From Promethearchaeota archaeon (GTDB lineage: Archaea; Asgardarchaeota; Lokiarchaeia; Sigyniarchaeales; SOKP01), in NCBI GenBank assembly GCA_048940645.1, contig JBHLOI010000033.1, positions 1 to 22,020 of the forward strand: 22,020 nt of DNA, written 5' to 3'. This document shows, piece after piece, positions 1 to 8,740 of the stretch (position 1 is the stretch's first letter; every line of letters starts with the position of its first letter). The notes under the pieces were generated by a model that was not told where the DNA came from, did no database searches, and was given only the letters and a program-made list of their open reading frames with translations. A program made the position numbers and the translations under genes.

Positions 1-58
1 TATACGCTTTTCTTGCTAAGTTATATACATCTTGTTCAGAGAAGCTTCCTACTTTCAT
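1..58 (-). CDS. 5' end of a CDS running off the left edge (MKVGSFSEQDVYNLARKAY...), product unknown
   Basis: ATG (cat at 56-58) with a GAGGAG RBS (ctcctc 67-72) upstream; open frame to the window edge. Confidence 0.65.
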   Translation of the reverse strand, partial: MKVGSFSEQDVYNLARKAY

Positions 59-265
59 ATTTTTTTCTCCTCATATAGATTAATTTTTGAATATTTTATT
101 ATATTCAAAAAAATATTAAAGCCTTATTCCGGTTCACACCATATAATTTATCTGACTTTTTAGAGCTTCCCAATTTGCTTTACAACAAATAGAGAAAAAA
201 AGTCACAAGTTTTCCTTGTAAAGCATTTCTATACTCTTATTCAGTATTGCGAAGATAATACATTA

Positions 266-300
266 TTTTTCTATGAAAATTGGATGGAAAGTTAAATTCA
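266..300 (+). repeat. Dispersed intergenic repeat, copy A (tttttctatgaaaattggatggaaagttaaattca)
   Basis: 32/35 identical to 5688-5722; core also at 1564-1586. Confidence 0.7.
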
Positions 301-465
301 TAATTCTTCTAAGGTTATATCGAATTTTTCTTAATCGTTCACTCTTTATTATGATTCTTTTATTGTTTTTCATTTTTTTTAGAAAGGTTTGGAAAAAATA
401 AATAATCTAAATATAAAAAAAAGTGCTATTAATATTATACAAAAAAGAATAAATTTTGTTATCAA

Positions 466-1569
466 ATGAAGCTTAAGAAAGGTACTTCGATATTCCTTTT
501 ACTTAACATAATGGTTATCGCTAATATGATTTATCCAATTTGCTTTTTCACTCCTCATAAAGATATCAGTAAAAATTTTGTCTCTGACACGCCTAAGATG
601 TCCAACTACTTTGAGTTAACCCCATTTGCTATCCCTAATGATTATACTTGGGCTCAAGCTGTCACGCAGCCCTGGTGTTCTGGAGCTGGGACTGAAAACA
701 ATCCCTACATCATTTCAAATGTCAAAATTGACGCCCAAAACCAAAATATCCGGTGCTTATCTATCGAATCAACTAATGTTTTTTTCCAAATCAAAAATTC
801 TATATTTTACAATTCCGAGAGTAGCGGTATTAGACTAACCAATGTGCAAAATGGGGAACTCCTTAACAACACCTGTTATAATAATCATTATGGCATATGT
901 GTGGAAAGTTCAAACAATATTTTAATGGAAAGTAATTATGTTAAAGGTAATTACTATGGAATCGGGATTTACTCAACAGACAATAGCAAGTTATTAGACT
1001 CTACTATTCTAAATAGTTATACCGCCATTGATTTTATGCACAATGATAACAATATCATTTCCACCTGTGTTATGCGGAATAATTCCTATGGTGGCGGACT
1101 ATCTATGTATGAATCTTTCAATAATAAAATAACTTTCAATTCCTTTTCTTATAATGATCCTGCAATACATCTGACTCGGTGTGATTCCAATACTTTTGAC
1201 CAAAATACTTTAATCTCTAATGAAAATGCAGCAATACAATTCTTCCAAAGTAGTTACAATTTATTTACTAAAAATACCATCCGGGGCCACTCGACAGCCA
1301 TACTCCTGTCGCCTCAATCCAATGAAAATATCATCAGCGAAAATATAATGATTGATAATAATGTATGTATTAGAGATAACGGTGAAAATAATGTTATTAG
1401 CGGTAATATATGTCTTACAATGCCCATAATCTTTACATTAATATCGCTTGTAATCATTTTCATTAATGCGCTTATCAGCTTAACTGTAGTAGTTATTGTG
1501 AAAAAAAGGAAAAAGAAAAGAAGAAATAAATTCATTAACACAGCAAAAAGTTCGAGTCTCTTGAATTGA
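466..1569 (+). CDS. Membrane-anchored right-handed beta-helix (NosD/CASH-like) surface protein
   Basis: N-terminal hydrophobic signal, WCSGAGTENNPYII motif, many Asn-rich GI-x-x-x-x-S-x-N-N-x-I-type repeats, C-terminal TM helix followed by a KKRKKKRR stop-transfer tail. Confidence 0.85.
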   Translation: MKLKKGTSIFLLLNIMVIANMIYPICFFTPHKDISKNFVSDTPKMSNYFELTPFAIPNDYTWAQAVTQPWCSGAGTENNPYIISNVKIDAQNQNIRCLSIESTNVFFQIKNSIFYNSESSGIRLTNVQNGELLNNTCYNNHYGICVESSNNILMESNYVKGNYYGIGIYSTDNSKLLDSTILNSYTAIDFMHNDNNIISTCVMRNNSYGGGLSMYESFNNKITFNSFSYNDPAIHLTRCDSNTFDQNTLISNENAAIQFFQSSYNLFTKNTIRGHSTAILLSPQSNENIISENIMIDNNVCIRDNGENNVISGNICLTMPIIFTLISLVIIFINALISLTVVVIVKKRKKKRRNKFINTAKSSSLLN

Positions 1570-1608
1570 ATGGAAAGGTAAATTCAGCATCTGATTTCCA
1601 TGAAAATT
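1564..1608 (+). repeat. Dispersed intergenic repeat, copy B (aattgaatggaaaggtaaattcagcatctga, then tttccatgaaaatt)
   Basis: Shares ggaaaggtaaattcag..tctga with 5709-5730; overlaps the stop codon of 466-1569. Confidence 0.65.
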
Positions 1609-1848
1609 CCTTTTAAAAACAAATTTCTAAGGTAGTTTAATTATAAGGATAGTAGACCTTTTATTCACTACCCAAGATTTATTATTTGTACGATATTTTG
1701 AAGATTTCTCGATAGCTTAAGTCTAAAGAAATTTCTTAAAATATTGTATAACACTCCAAATAATACCAAACCATCCGATTATTTCTAATAAACGCCACAT
1801 CAATTTGTATAAATTTAATACTAGGGGATTCTTGGAATAATCTCACTA

Positions 1849-2133
1849 TTGACTGGATTTCTTTTAGAAAGCGTAATTGGTTTTATTCCAAGTGTTAGCT
1901 GGGGAGATCCCGGTTATGAGGAATATATCGACTTGATAACGAAATTAGGAACCTTTTCGACACTTTTTCTGAATCTAGGGCTAGGCTTTTTTTTAATATC
2001 AACTTTTGTAGGAGCAATGACTGATAAGCGATTTTCAATAGAAGTCAAAAGGGGAATGTTGATAGCATCCGTTTTAGGAATTATCACATTGGTAATATTT
2101 AATTATTTGATTATGTATATCGGAATAACATAA
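1849..2133 (+). CDS. Small multi-pass membrane protein, probably 5'-truncated or frameshifted
   Basis: Two clear TM segments. The hydrophobic frame extends upstream of the TTG (GILGIISLL) to a TAG at a G4 run. Confidence 0.55.
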   Translation: MTGFLLESVIGFIPSVSWGDPGYEEYIDLITKLGTFSTLFLNLGLGFFLISTFVGAMTDKRFSIEVKRGMLIASVLGIITLVIFNYLIMYIGIT

Positions 2134-2325
2134 AATCAAATGATTTTATTTTTTTTTATTTAGAAACTTTTTAGCAATTTTCTCTTTCATATCGAAGATA
2201 CGATCTTCATCTTGAAAGATGATTATGTAAATCATTTTAAATACGTAAACCTGTAAAAAAAGAACCTCTTGCTGTTCTTCTAGAGTCAAATCGAGTGTCT
2301 TTACTTTAAAATTCCAAATATTATT

Positions 2326-3141
2326 TTACAATTCGGTTTCATCCCTAATCCCAAATAAATAACATATTTCTTCCCATTGATTTTTAAATCTATATTTCTG
2401 ATTTATATAATTGTTTCTTATCTTCTTAATAATTTTATCTCTATTTTTTCCCGGTTCGGTTAGTATGCTATTATTAAAAAAATATAATGGATCAGCGTTT
2501 ATCTTTTCAAAAATCTCGGGATCTTCAATCAATTTTGTCATTAAATATGTAAGACTGGTCGTTAAATAAAGGATGAGTTCATCTCGAAATTTAATAACAG
2601 CGTTAGTAATCTTTCCCTCATTCATACAATACCTTTTTCTTATAAGTTTTTCAAACTCATTTATCCAGTCACTTCCGTGTACTGTTATTGACCTTATCCT
2701 ATAAATTTTCCCCATAAACTTGTATATCTTCCAAAAGTTTTTTCTATATTTAGCTAAGATAGAAGCAGCATTAAGCCTTAATCGTAAACTCACAAAATCA
2801 TTACTACCTTTAGTGAACATTGCTTCCAAAAATGTTGACGCATCAATAATGAAATAGGCATCAATCATATCATGTTGAAATAAACGAAAGTAACTGGGCA
2901 ATATAACTCTGTCTTTGTCTAACAATTTCCCTTCTTTTAAGTAAGAAATCTGGTTAAAATTTTCTTGTTTTAGATATCTATCTAATGGACCAAATTTGCT
3001 CTCAAGATTTTTAAAATTAAATAATTCGGGATTGAACCACCAAGGTAGACAGATCACTGGACTTCGCCATTTAAATTGAAATCCATTTATATATAATGCA
3101 TTCACGAGTAAATGTAAGTCTTTTAATGCTTCTTGATACTG
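2326..3141 (-). pseudogene. ApeA-like HEPN domain protein, probably a 5'-truncated remnant (ORF-track call 2326-3105)
   Basis: LEAMF...LRLRLNAASIL...IYRIRSITVHG contains the HEPN R-x4-H motif. The frame continues 12 codons upstream of the GTG (QYQEALKDLHLL) to a TAA, and there is no RBS. Confidence 0.65.
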
Positions 3142-3144
3142 TTA

Positions 3145-3264
3145 CTAAATAAATTTAGATTTTCTTACTTTGTATTCTTTTATTCTCATGATAAAGAAAA
3201 TAATAGTAGAGACTAGTAAAATAATGGTAATGGCAGAAAAAACTATAATGAGAACCATATACAT
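3145..3264 (-). CDS. Small single-pass membrane protein, 39 aa (MYMVLIIVFSAITIILLVSTIIFFIMRIKEYKVRKSKFI)
   Basis: Translated by hand: ATG start, ~24-aa hydrophobic helix, basic tail. Below the ORF-track length cut-off. Confidence 0.45.
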   Translation of the reverse strand: MYMVLIIVFSAITIILLVSTIIFFIMRIKEYKVRKSKFI

Positions 3265-3492
3265 TTAGTTAATAGAAAATTTTTAAAAACCCAACTAAAT
3301 ATTTCTATTCAATTTTCAGCAATAAATCTCCTTGCCCACCTCGTAGAATTAATCCTTTCGATTCTTATTATCTTAGTTTAGAAATCTTTAAGCAAACTTT
3401 TCTTTCTGCTTGTAATAATAATTAAGATATTTAAAGGATTGAAGATTAAATGAAATAGATAAAATGGGCAAATCTACTCACAACTAAAGAGA

Positions 3493-4911
3493 ATGAAGAA
3501 AATGAATGAAAATATTGTCCCATTCAGGGGAACAGAACTTGTTAAAGCTGAGGTTAATGTAGTTTTAGAATTTGAAAAGATTCTTGGATATCAGTTTCTA
3601 ATAGTAGATGAGATTACGTGGAAAACTTTTGAACTCCGTAAACTCATAATAAAAGCTGAAAGTTATTTATATGATAAGAGCCATGAAGTTGATTTTGTTT
3701 GGCAATTAGCAATTTCAAATAATAATGTAGTTGGAATGGGTTTATATGTCAATCGCATGGCTAATCTTCCAAGCTTCATATCTGAATTTAAATCACTTAA
3801 GTATTTAGTGTTAAACGCAGGTGCTCTTGAAAATATCCCTGAGTCGATTGGAAATCTTCACTCATTGAAAGTGCTTAATTTGGGTAATAATCAAATAAAG
3901 AAACTTCCAAGCACGATCGGAAATCTTAAATCCCTGGAGATACTCGATTTAAGCCAAAATCATATAGAGGAACTTCCTGATTCTATTGGAAATTTAAATT
4001 CACTTATTACTTTAAGGTTAGGCAATAATCAAATTAAAACTATTCCCGAATCTTTTAAAAACCTTAAAACTCTTGATGAACTTCATTTAAACTCAAATTT
4101 CTTACAAAAGTTACCAGATCCTATAAAAGACTTAATATCATTAAGAACTTTGTATGTTGTTAATTCTAAACTTAAAGAGCTTCCAGATTGGATTGGAGAT
4201 CTAAACTCACTTGAGTTGCTAGTTATAACAGATAATGAATTATCATTTATCCCCGAATCGATTGGGAACCTCAATTCACTAAAAACTTTATTATTAAATA
4301 ATAATAATCTAACGAACCTCCCAGAATCAATATTAAATCTAAATTCTCTTAAACTTTTAAATATAAATGGAAATAATATTGAGAATCTCTCAAAATTCTT
4401 TGTCCCATTGAAGAGAAAGGGAGTTTCTGTTGTTACATCTGCAGAAGAAGTAAGCATCGATTGGGATTTAAACAATAGGATAAAAATTAATGAGATTCTT
4501 AAGAAAGGAAGTAGTCTCATTTTAACAAGAAACTATAATGAAGCGATGAACAATTTCGAAATTGCCACAGAACTTGCTGAAAAATTAAGCGATTTTAACC
4601 ATAAGTTACATTATAAATCAGCAATTTTAAATCTGACAGGGCGAGTGTATATATTGCAAGGGAATTATCATAAATCACTTGAAACTGCTCTGGAAATGTT
4701 AAAGTATGTGGAATTAAAAAACGATCTCCCTGGAAAAGCTATAGTGTATAATAATATAGGAAACGCTTATCATGGGATGGGTAAAAGTAAGGAAGCATTA
4801 AAATACTACAAAATGGGATTAAAAATATTGAAAACTCAAGGATTAGAAAATTCTCCTGATGCTTTAACAATAAAAAATAGTATAAATAAATTAAAAAAAA
4901 AGATAAAATAG
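3493..4911 (+). CDS. Leucine-rich repeat protein with C-terminal TPRs
   Basis: About 9 regular 23-aa LRRs (LPxSIGNLxSLxxLxLxxNxI), then TPR helices (AILNLTGRVYILQGNYHKSL; AIVYNNIGNAYHGMGKSKEALKYY). Confidence 0.92.
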   Translation: MKKMNENIVPFRGTELVKAEVNVVLEFEKILGYQFLIVDEITWKTFELRKLIIKAESYLYDKSHEVDFVWQLAISNNNVVGMGLYVNRMANLPSFISEFKSLKYLVLNAGALENIPESIGNLHSLKVLNLGNNQIKKLPSTIGNLKSLEILDLSQNHIEELPDSIGNLNSLITLRLGNNQIKTIPESFKNLKTLDELHLNSNFLQKLPDPIKDLISLRTLYVVNSKLKELPDWIGDLNSLELLVITDNELSFIPESIGNLNSLKTLLLNNNNLTNLPESILNLNSLKLLNINGNNIENLSKFFVPLKRKGVSVVTSAEEVSIDWDLNNRIKINEILKKGSSLILTRNYNEAMNNFEIATELAEKLSDFNHKLHYKSAILNLTGRVYILQGNYHKSLETALEMLKYVELKNDLPGKAIVYNNIGNAYHGMGKSKEALKYYKMGLKILKTQGLENSPDALTIKNSINKLKKKIK

Positions 4912-5006
4912 AAGCAGGCGCAAATGGTATCATCATAGGCTCTGCAATGGTTAACATAATTAAAAGAAATTTTGGTGATTTTGAAGTTCTTAACTTCCAT
5001 TTGTAG
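4908..5006 (+). pseudogene. Relic resembling the C-terminal segment of tryptophan synthase alpha (IEAGANGIIIGSAMVNII)
   Basis: Matches the TrpA phosphate-binding motif GADGxIVGSAxVxII; no start codon or upstream remainder. Confidence 0.55.
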
Positions 5007-5035
5007 GATGCCAGATTAGATCTTCATCTTGACAT

Positions 5036-5278
5036 TTACTTTAATTTATAAAATTTCTTCCCATCTTTAATTTCCATTTCAGCTAATCCCTCTCTTTTTA
5101 AATCCATTAATTTTAACTCTACATAATAGTAATCTATAGGATGTTTTACTTCTTTTATGTTAAATACAATATTATTTACACTTTGAAATTGTTTACTTAA
5201 TGAGTTTAAGACAATTTCTTTTGTAACTCTCTCTATATCATTATCTAAGTTATTTTTCTTAAGTTTCTTCATATACAA
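5036..5278 (-). CDS. Small hypothetical protein, possible winged helix
   Basis: 80-aa ORF ending LMDLKREGLAEMEIKDGKKFYKL, a helix + wing pattern. Confidence 0.55.
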   Translation of the reverse strand: MYMKKLKKNNLDNDIERVTKEIVLNSLSKQFQSVNNIVFNIKEVKHPIDYYYVELKLMDLKREGLAEMEIKDGKKFYKLK

Positions 5279-5390
5279 TACGATTTAATGAGGCTTTTAT
5301 TGTATTAAACAATTAAGCTATTTATACAAAAACGATAAGCAAAATTTCTGCTCTATCGCAGATAGGGTAAAGACTAGCAAAACCGCTAAT

Positions 5391-5627
5391 TTATAACCCC
5401 GCATCTTTGCGAGCTTTATCTGCTTCTCCTCGACCAATATGACCTTTTTCGCCATTTTGTAGCAAAATTTTTAGGCCCTCCAAATATTTTATCCCGCAAT
5501 CTTGATGCCAATAATAATTATAACCTTTTTGTGGGGCAAATCTAAGCCTAAGTGTGCTTTTTTTAATAAGGTCTCCACACCAATCACATTTAGTGGTGCC
5601 CGTGGGTGCTTCTTCTATTTGAAACAT
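5391..5627 (-). CDS. Stand-alone PARP-type zinc finger protein
   Basis: IEEAPTGTTKCDWCGDLIKKSTLRL...YWHQDC fits the zf-PARP consensus (E-A-SGR-KCxxC-I-K-LR...W-HxxC); ligands C14, C17, H41, C44. Confidence 0.8.
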   Translation of the reverse strand: MFQIEEAPTGTTKCDWCGDLIKKSTLRLRFAPQKGYNYYWHQDCGIKYLEGLKILLQNGEKGHIGRGEADKARKDAGL

Positions 5628-5687
5628 CGCATAAAATTCCTCATTCTGTTAAACAATATTTTGTATTTAAATCTCATTGAATTAAAA

Positions 5688-5730
5688 TTTTTCTGTGAAA
5701 ATTGGAAGGAAAGGTAAATTCAGATTCTGA
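5688..5730 (+). repeat. Dispersed intergenic repeat, copy C (tttttctgtgaaaattggaaggaaaggtaaattcagattctga)
   Basis: Direct comparison with 266-300 and 1564-1594. Confidence 0.7.
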
Positions 5731-6040
5731 GTTTTTATTGTTAAATACAACTCTTAATAGAAAGTTATTTAATCAACCGCCGAAATTTATGAACTCCACA
5801 TTAAGCAAAAAAATAAACAATTTTACGCTAAACTAATTGTCTTCACATGTATCTTGATAGTTGGGATAGTTCTAAACGTGTGGGTTGATATAACTGAAAA
5901 GTAAGGAATAGATTGATATTTATAGTGGTGTTTATTATATTGGTAATAAGTATTGTGCTTTTTATATTTTTAGTTTAGCTAGTTATCCATTCGTAGAATT
6001 CATTCCTAGTATGAAAAAAGCGATAAGGAGGTCAAAATAA

Positions 6041-6538
6041 ATGACAGGACAAGAACCAGATCGATTTTATTATAAAGATCAGAGATTAGATCTTATTGGT
6101 ATAAATGGTAAAGGGTTACTCCTACCGTCAGATTTTGGAATTGAAACTCATATGACTGCTACTAGTTGTCGGAGAGGATATATAATGAGATACAAAATAG
6201 TTGAAAATCAACTTGTTTTGGATGGCTTTTGGTTTAGTTCGAAAACTGATGATCTCCCTGAGATTAATGGTATAAAACCTGTTAAATTGACTGAAGAAAC
6301 GGCAGGAGAGGATGATTATATGCACCATATGTTTAAATTTGAATACAGGAATTTAGAGAAAAAAATATCGTTTAAGGGGAGTATCATATTAGCGAAAGAT
6401 TTAATACGATCGAAATATGTTCATATGGGATTTCAGAGCTCAACAGCTTATAAAACAGTCTTAAAGTTTGAATTTAAAGACGGGATGATTGTCAATGTTC
6501 AGGATATATCTAAAGCCGCTAAAAAAGCCAGAAAATAA
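6041..6538 (+). CDS. Conserved hypothetical protein (MTxQxxD... T-x-C-x-RGY ... HMGF family)
   Basis: Strong AGGAGGT RBS; motifs recalled from a widespread uncharacterised prokaryotic family. Confidence 0.75.
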   Translation: MTGQEPDRFYYKDQRLDLIGINGKGLLLPSDFGIETHMTATSCRRGYIMRYKIVENQLVLDGFWFSSKTDDLPEINGIKPVKLTEETAGEDDYMHHMFKFEYRNLEKKISFKGSIILAKDLIRSKYVHMGFQSSTAYKTVLKFEFKDGMIVNVQDISKAAKKARK

Positions 6539-6703
6539 TTACTGATAAGTACTATCTGAGGGGTTCGATCTGAGTCTTTTACAAGTAAATTTATTATCAC
6601 TTTTCTACTATGATTATAATAAGAATAAAGGTATTCTGATTCAATAACTAATCTAAAAATTTTTTTTATTTTTTTAATTAGATAACAATAGGAGGAATTA
6701 ATA

Positions 6704-7522
6704 ATGAGAGAAGGAATTAATAGAAGTGAAAAAGTTAATAGTTGGGATGAAATTAATAATATCCTTTTTATGAAATCTTGGAATGAAGATCTTGGACGGT
6801 ATCGTTCTCCTTATGCATTTCGTGGTCTTCCGGACAAGGATTATAAACTTAAAACTAGTTTAATTAGGTTAGGTGGAAATTATATGAAACGCGAACAAGA
6901 TTTGCTTCGAAATTTTAGAAAATATGCTAGTAGAAATCTTGTCGAATACGATTCTATATGGCATTGGTTAGCTTTAGCTCAGCATCATGGATTACCTACT
7001 AGACTTCTAGATTGGACATTTTCTCCTTATGTAGCATTACATTTTGCTACAGCAAATATGGAGCATTTTGACAAGGATGGTATAATTTGGGCAGTTAATT
7101 ATGACCATTATCACCAACTACTGCCTGTTGAATCTAAACTTAAGAAAGAATTAGATGATGAAGGAGCAGCCCTTTTTACAGTTGAAATGTTAGCTAATTC
7201 CGTTAAAAATCTAAATGATCTAAAAACCATAATGGATGATACATTTGTTATTTTTTTTGAACCACCATCTATTGATGATAGAATAGTAAATCAATCAGCA
7301 TTGTTCTCACTTATTTCACGTTCTGATGTAACTCTGGATGATTTCCTTTACGATTTTCCATTATTAGAGGATGCTTGGTTTAAAGTTATTATTCCAGCAT
7401 CGTTAAAATGGGAAATTCGAGACAAACTGGACCAATCAAATATTACAGAAAGAGTTTTATTTCCTGGACTAGATGGTCTAAGTCAGTGGTTAGCAAGATA
7501 TTATAGCCCTAAAAATAAATAA
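6704..7522 (+). CDS. FRG domain protein
   Basis: AFRG motif, LAQHHGLPTRLLDWTFSPYVALHFA signature, RIVNQSALF, C-terminal ITERVLFPGLDG; AGGAGG RBS. Confidence 0.95.
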   Translation: MREGINRSEKVNSWDEINNILFMKSWNEDLGRYRSPYAFRGLPDKDYKLKTSLIRLGGNYMKREQDLLRNFRKYASRNLVEYDSIWHWLALAQHHGLPTRLLDWTFSPYVALHFATANMEHFDKDGIIWAVNYDHYHQLLPVESKLKKELDDEGAALFTVEMLANSVKNLNDLKTIMDDTFVIFFEPPSIDDRIVNQSALFSLISRSDVTLDDFLYDFPLLEDAWFKVIIPASLKWEIRDKLDQSNITERVLFPGLDGLSQWLARYYSPKNK

Positions 7523-7584
7523 ATAGTACTAGGATGCTAATATGATTCGAAGAAAAAAAAATATTTTTTAAGAAATTAGAACCT

Positions 7585-8127
7585 TTAATGCTGAGCATGT
7601 AGCTTATTCTTTATAAAAGAGTGATTTGAAATCATCTTTCCATTTTTTAAGTAGTAATCCATCAGATGGATTATGGGAGTATGTTGTTTATTTTCAACCA
7701 TTTTTTCAATTTCTTTATTTCCTTTTTCAGATAATGATGTTGAAATAGTTTTCCAAGTTATTGTCGTTGTTCCATCACTGTTTTGAGATAAACTTATTTT
7801 GCAATGTGATAACATATCTTGTTGGAACCTTACAAACTCAATATACTCATTTAACTTGAATCCAGTAAATGTCCATAAAACTTCCCCTCCAGAATTCGAT
7901 TTTTTTGTACGAAATACGCACTTATCTTCTGCATATCCAGAACTTGTATAAATTAACTCCGTATCCCATCCTGGAATCCAATCAGCTTCACGAGCAGGAC
8001 ATAAAAGAGGGAAAATTTTATCTGGAGTTGTTTCTAATGTTCCAGTAAATTCCCGTATTTCTCTTTTATACTTGGGCTCCTGCTGTAAAAAGTTTTGTAC
8101 TAAATTTTCTGATCTTGTAGTATCCAA
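7585..8127 (-). CDS. SRPBCC/START-like ligand-binding protein
   Basis: TPDKIFPLLCPAREADWIPGW motif; TTG start with a GAGGT RBS. Confidence 0.75.
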   Translation of the reverse strand: MDTTRSENLVQNFLQQEPKYKREIREFTGTLETTPDKIFPLLCPAREADWIPGWDTELIYTSSGYAEDKCVFRTKKSNSGGEVLWTFTGFKLNEYIEFVRFQQDMLSHCKISLSQNSDGTTTITWKTISTSLSEKGNKEIEKMVENKQHTPIIHLMDYYLKNGKMISNHSFIKNKLHAQH

Positions 8128-8164
8128 ATTTATTACCTCTAAAGTTTTTAATATAAATTGTTCT

Positions 8165-8183
8165 GTGTTTAGTATCTAAACAC
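8165..8183. promoter_or_regulatory. Putative MarR operator 1 (GTGTTTAG-TAT-CTAAACAC)
   Basis: Perfect 8-bp inverted repeat between the SRPBCC start and a minus-strand TTTATAA box (8208-8214); near-identical to 8704-8720. Confidence 0.8.
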
Positions 8184-8207
8184 TAAGAAGAATAAGATTT
8201 CGATTGC

Positions 8208-8220
8208 TTATAAACCTTTC
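8208..8220 (-). promoter_or_regulatory. Putative archaeal BRE/TATA promoter for the SRPBCC gene (GAAAGG-TTTATAA)
   Basis: Purine-rich BRE-like element followed by a TATA box, ~25 nt upstream of the operator. Confidence 0.5.
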
Positions 8221-8252
8221 TATACTTATTGGATAATATCGTATAGAACCTA

Positions 8253-8699
8253 CTAAACTTTTTTATACATTATTGAAACCAAGGTATCAAGAAAATCTGA
8301 AATCAATTGTTTTTCTCCACTTGTTTTCGTTTTTAAATAGCTTAAAAATTCAGTTTCAAGAAATCCTCTAAATTCTTTCACATGATCCATCAATATTTTA
8401 CCTTTATCTGTAAATTGAATATGTAATTGGTTCTTTTGAAATGGTTCAGCCTCTTTTATTATTATCCCTTTCTTTTGAAGACGAGATAGAGTTTGAGAAA
8501 TTGCTCCTTTAGTCAAGCCAAGATGATCAGCAATCTGTGTAATGTTTTTATCCTGAATATGATAAACAAATAATAATAGATGAATTTCTGAAGGATACAG
8601 TTTGATACTCTTATATGTGATTTTTCTTCTTCTCTCTAAAAATGTTAATTTACTAATAGTCTCCAAAATTTTGCTTACAAGATTCTGATTAGTTATCAT
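8253..8699 (-). CDS. MarR-family transcriptional regulator
   Basis: LYPSEIHLL...NITQIADHLGLTKGAISQTLSRLQKKGII...FTDKGK wHTH signature. Confidence 0.95.
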   Translation of the reverse strand: MITNQNLVSKILETISKLTFLERRRKITYKSIKLYPSEIHLLLFVYHIQDKNITQIADHLGLTKGAISQTLSRLQKKGIIIKEAEPFQKNQLHIQFTDKGKILMDHVKEFRGFLETEFLSYLKTKTSGEKQLISDFLDTLVSIMYKKV

Positions 8700-8703
8700 T
8701 CTA

Positions 8704-8720
8704 TGTTTAGTAACTAAACA
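8704..8720. promoter_or_regulatory. Putative MarR operator 2, autoregulatory (TGTTTAGT-A-ACTAAACA)
   Basis: Perfect palindrome 5-21 nt upstream of the marR ATG; same sequence as 8166-8182 except for one base. Confidence 0.8.
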
Positions 8721-8740
8721 CTTCAGAAAAAGTTAACGGA

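Noticed and set aside
466-1569. nosD gene symbol or a nitrous oxide reduction role for the beta-helix genes
   Set aside because: Only the fold is shared. There is no nosZ/F/Y context, and these look like generic surface proteins.
4083-4520. Antisense or overlapping ORFs in the track (e.g. 626-838, 1314-1541, 4083-4520, 4739-4957, 5502-5717, 6128-6328, 9247-9456, 9992-10220, 12890-13138, 14097-14285, 14742-15030, 17322-17627, 18738-18926, 19457-19807, 21245-21664)
   Set aside because: Shadows of well-supported genes, with no recognisable motifs.
5351-5367. Hairpin ctctatc-gca-gataggg as a terminator
   Set aside because: Short stem with a 3-nt loop and no adjacent U-tract; insufficient support.
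6557-6575. tRNA T-loop-like ggttcgatc
   Set aside because: No T-stem or cloverleaf around it.
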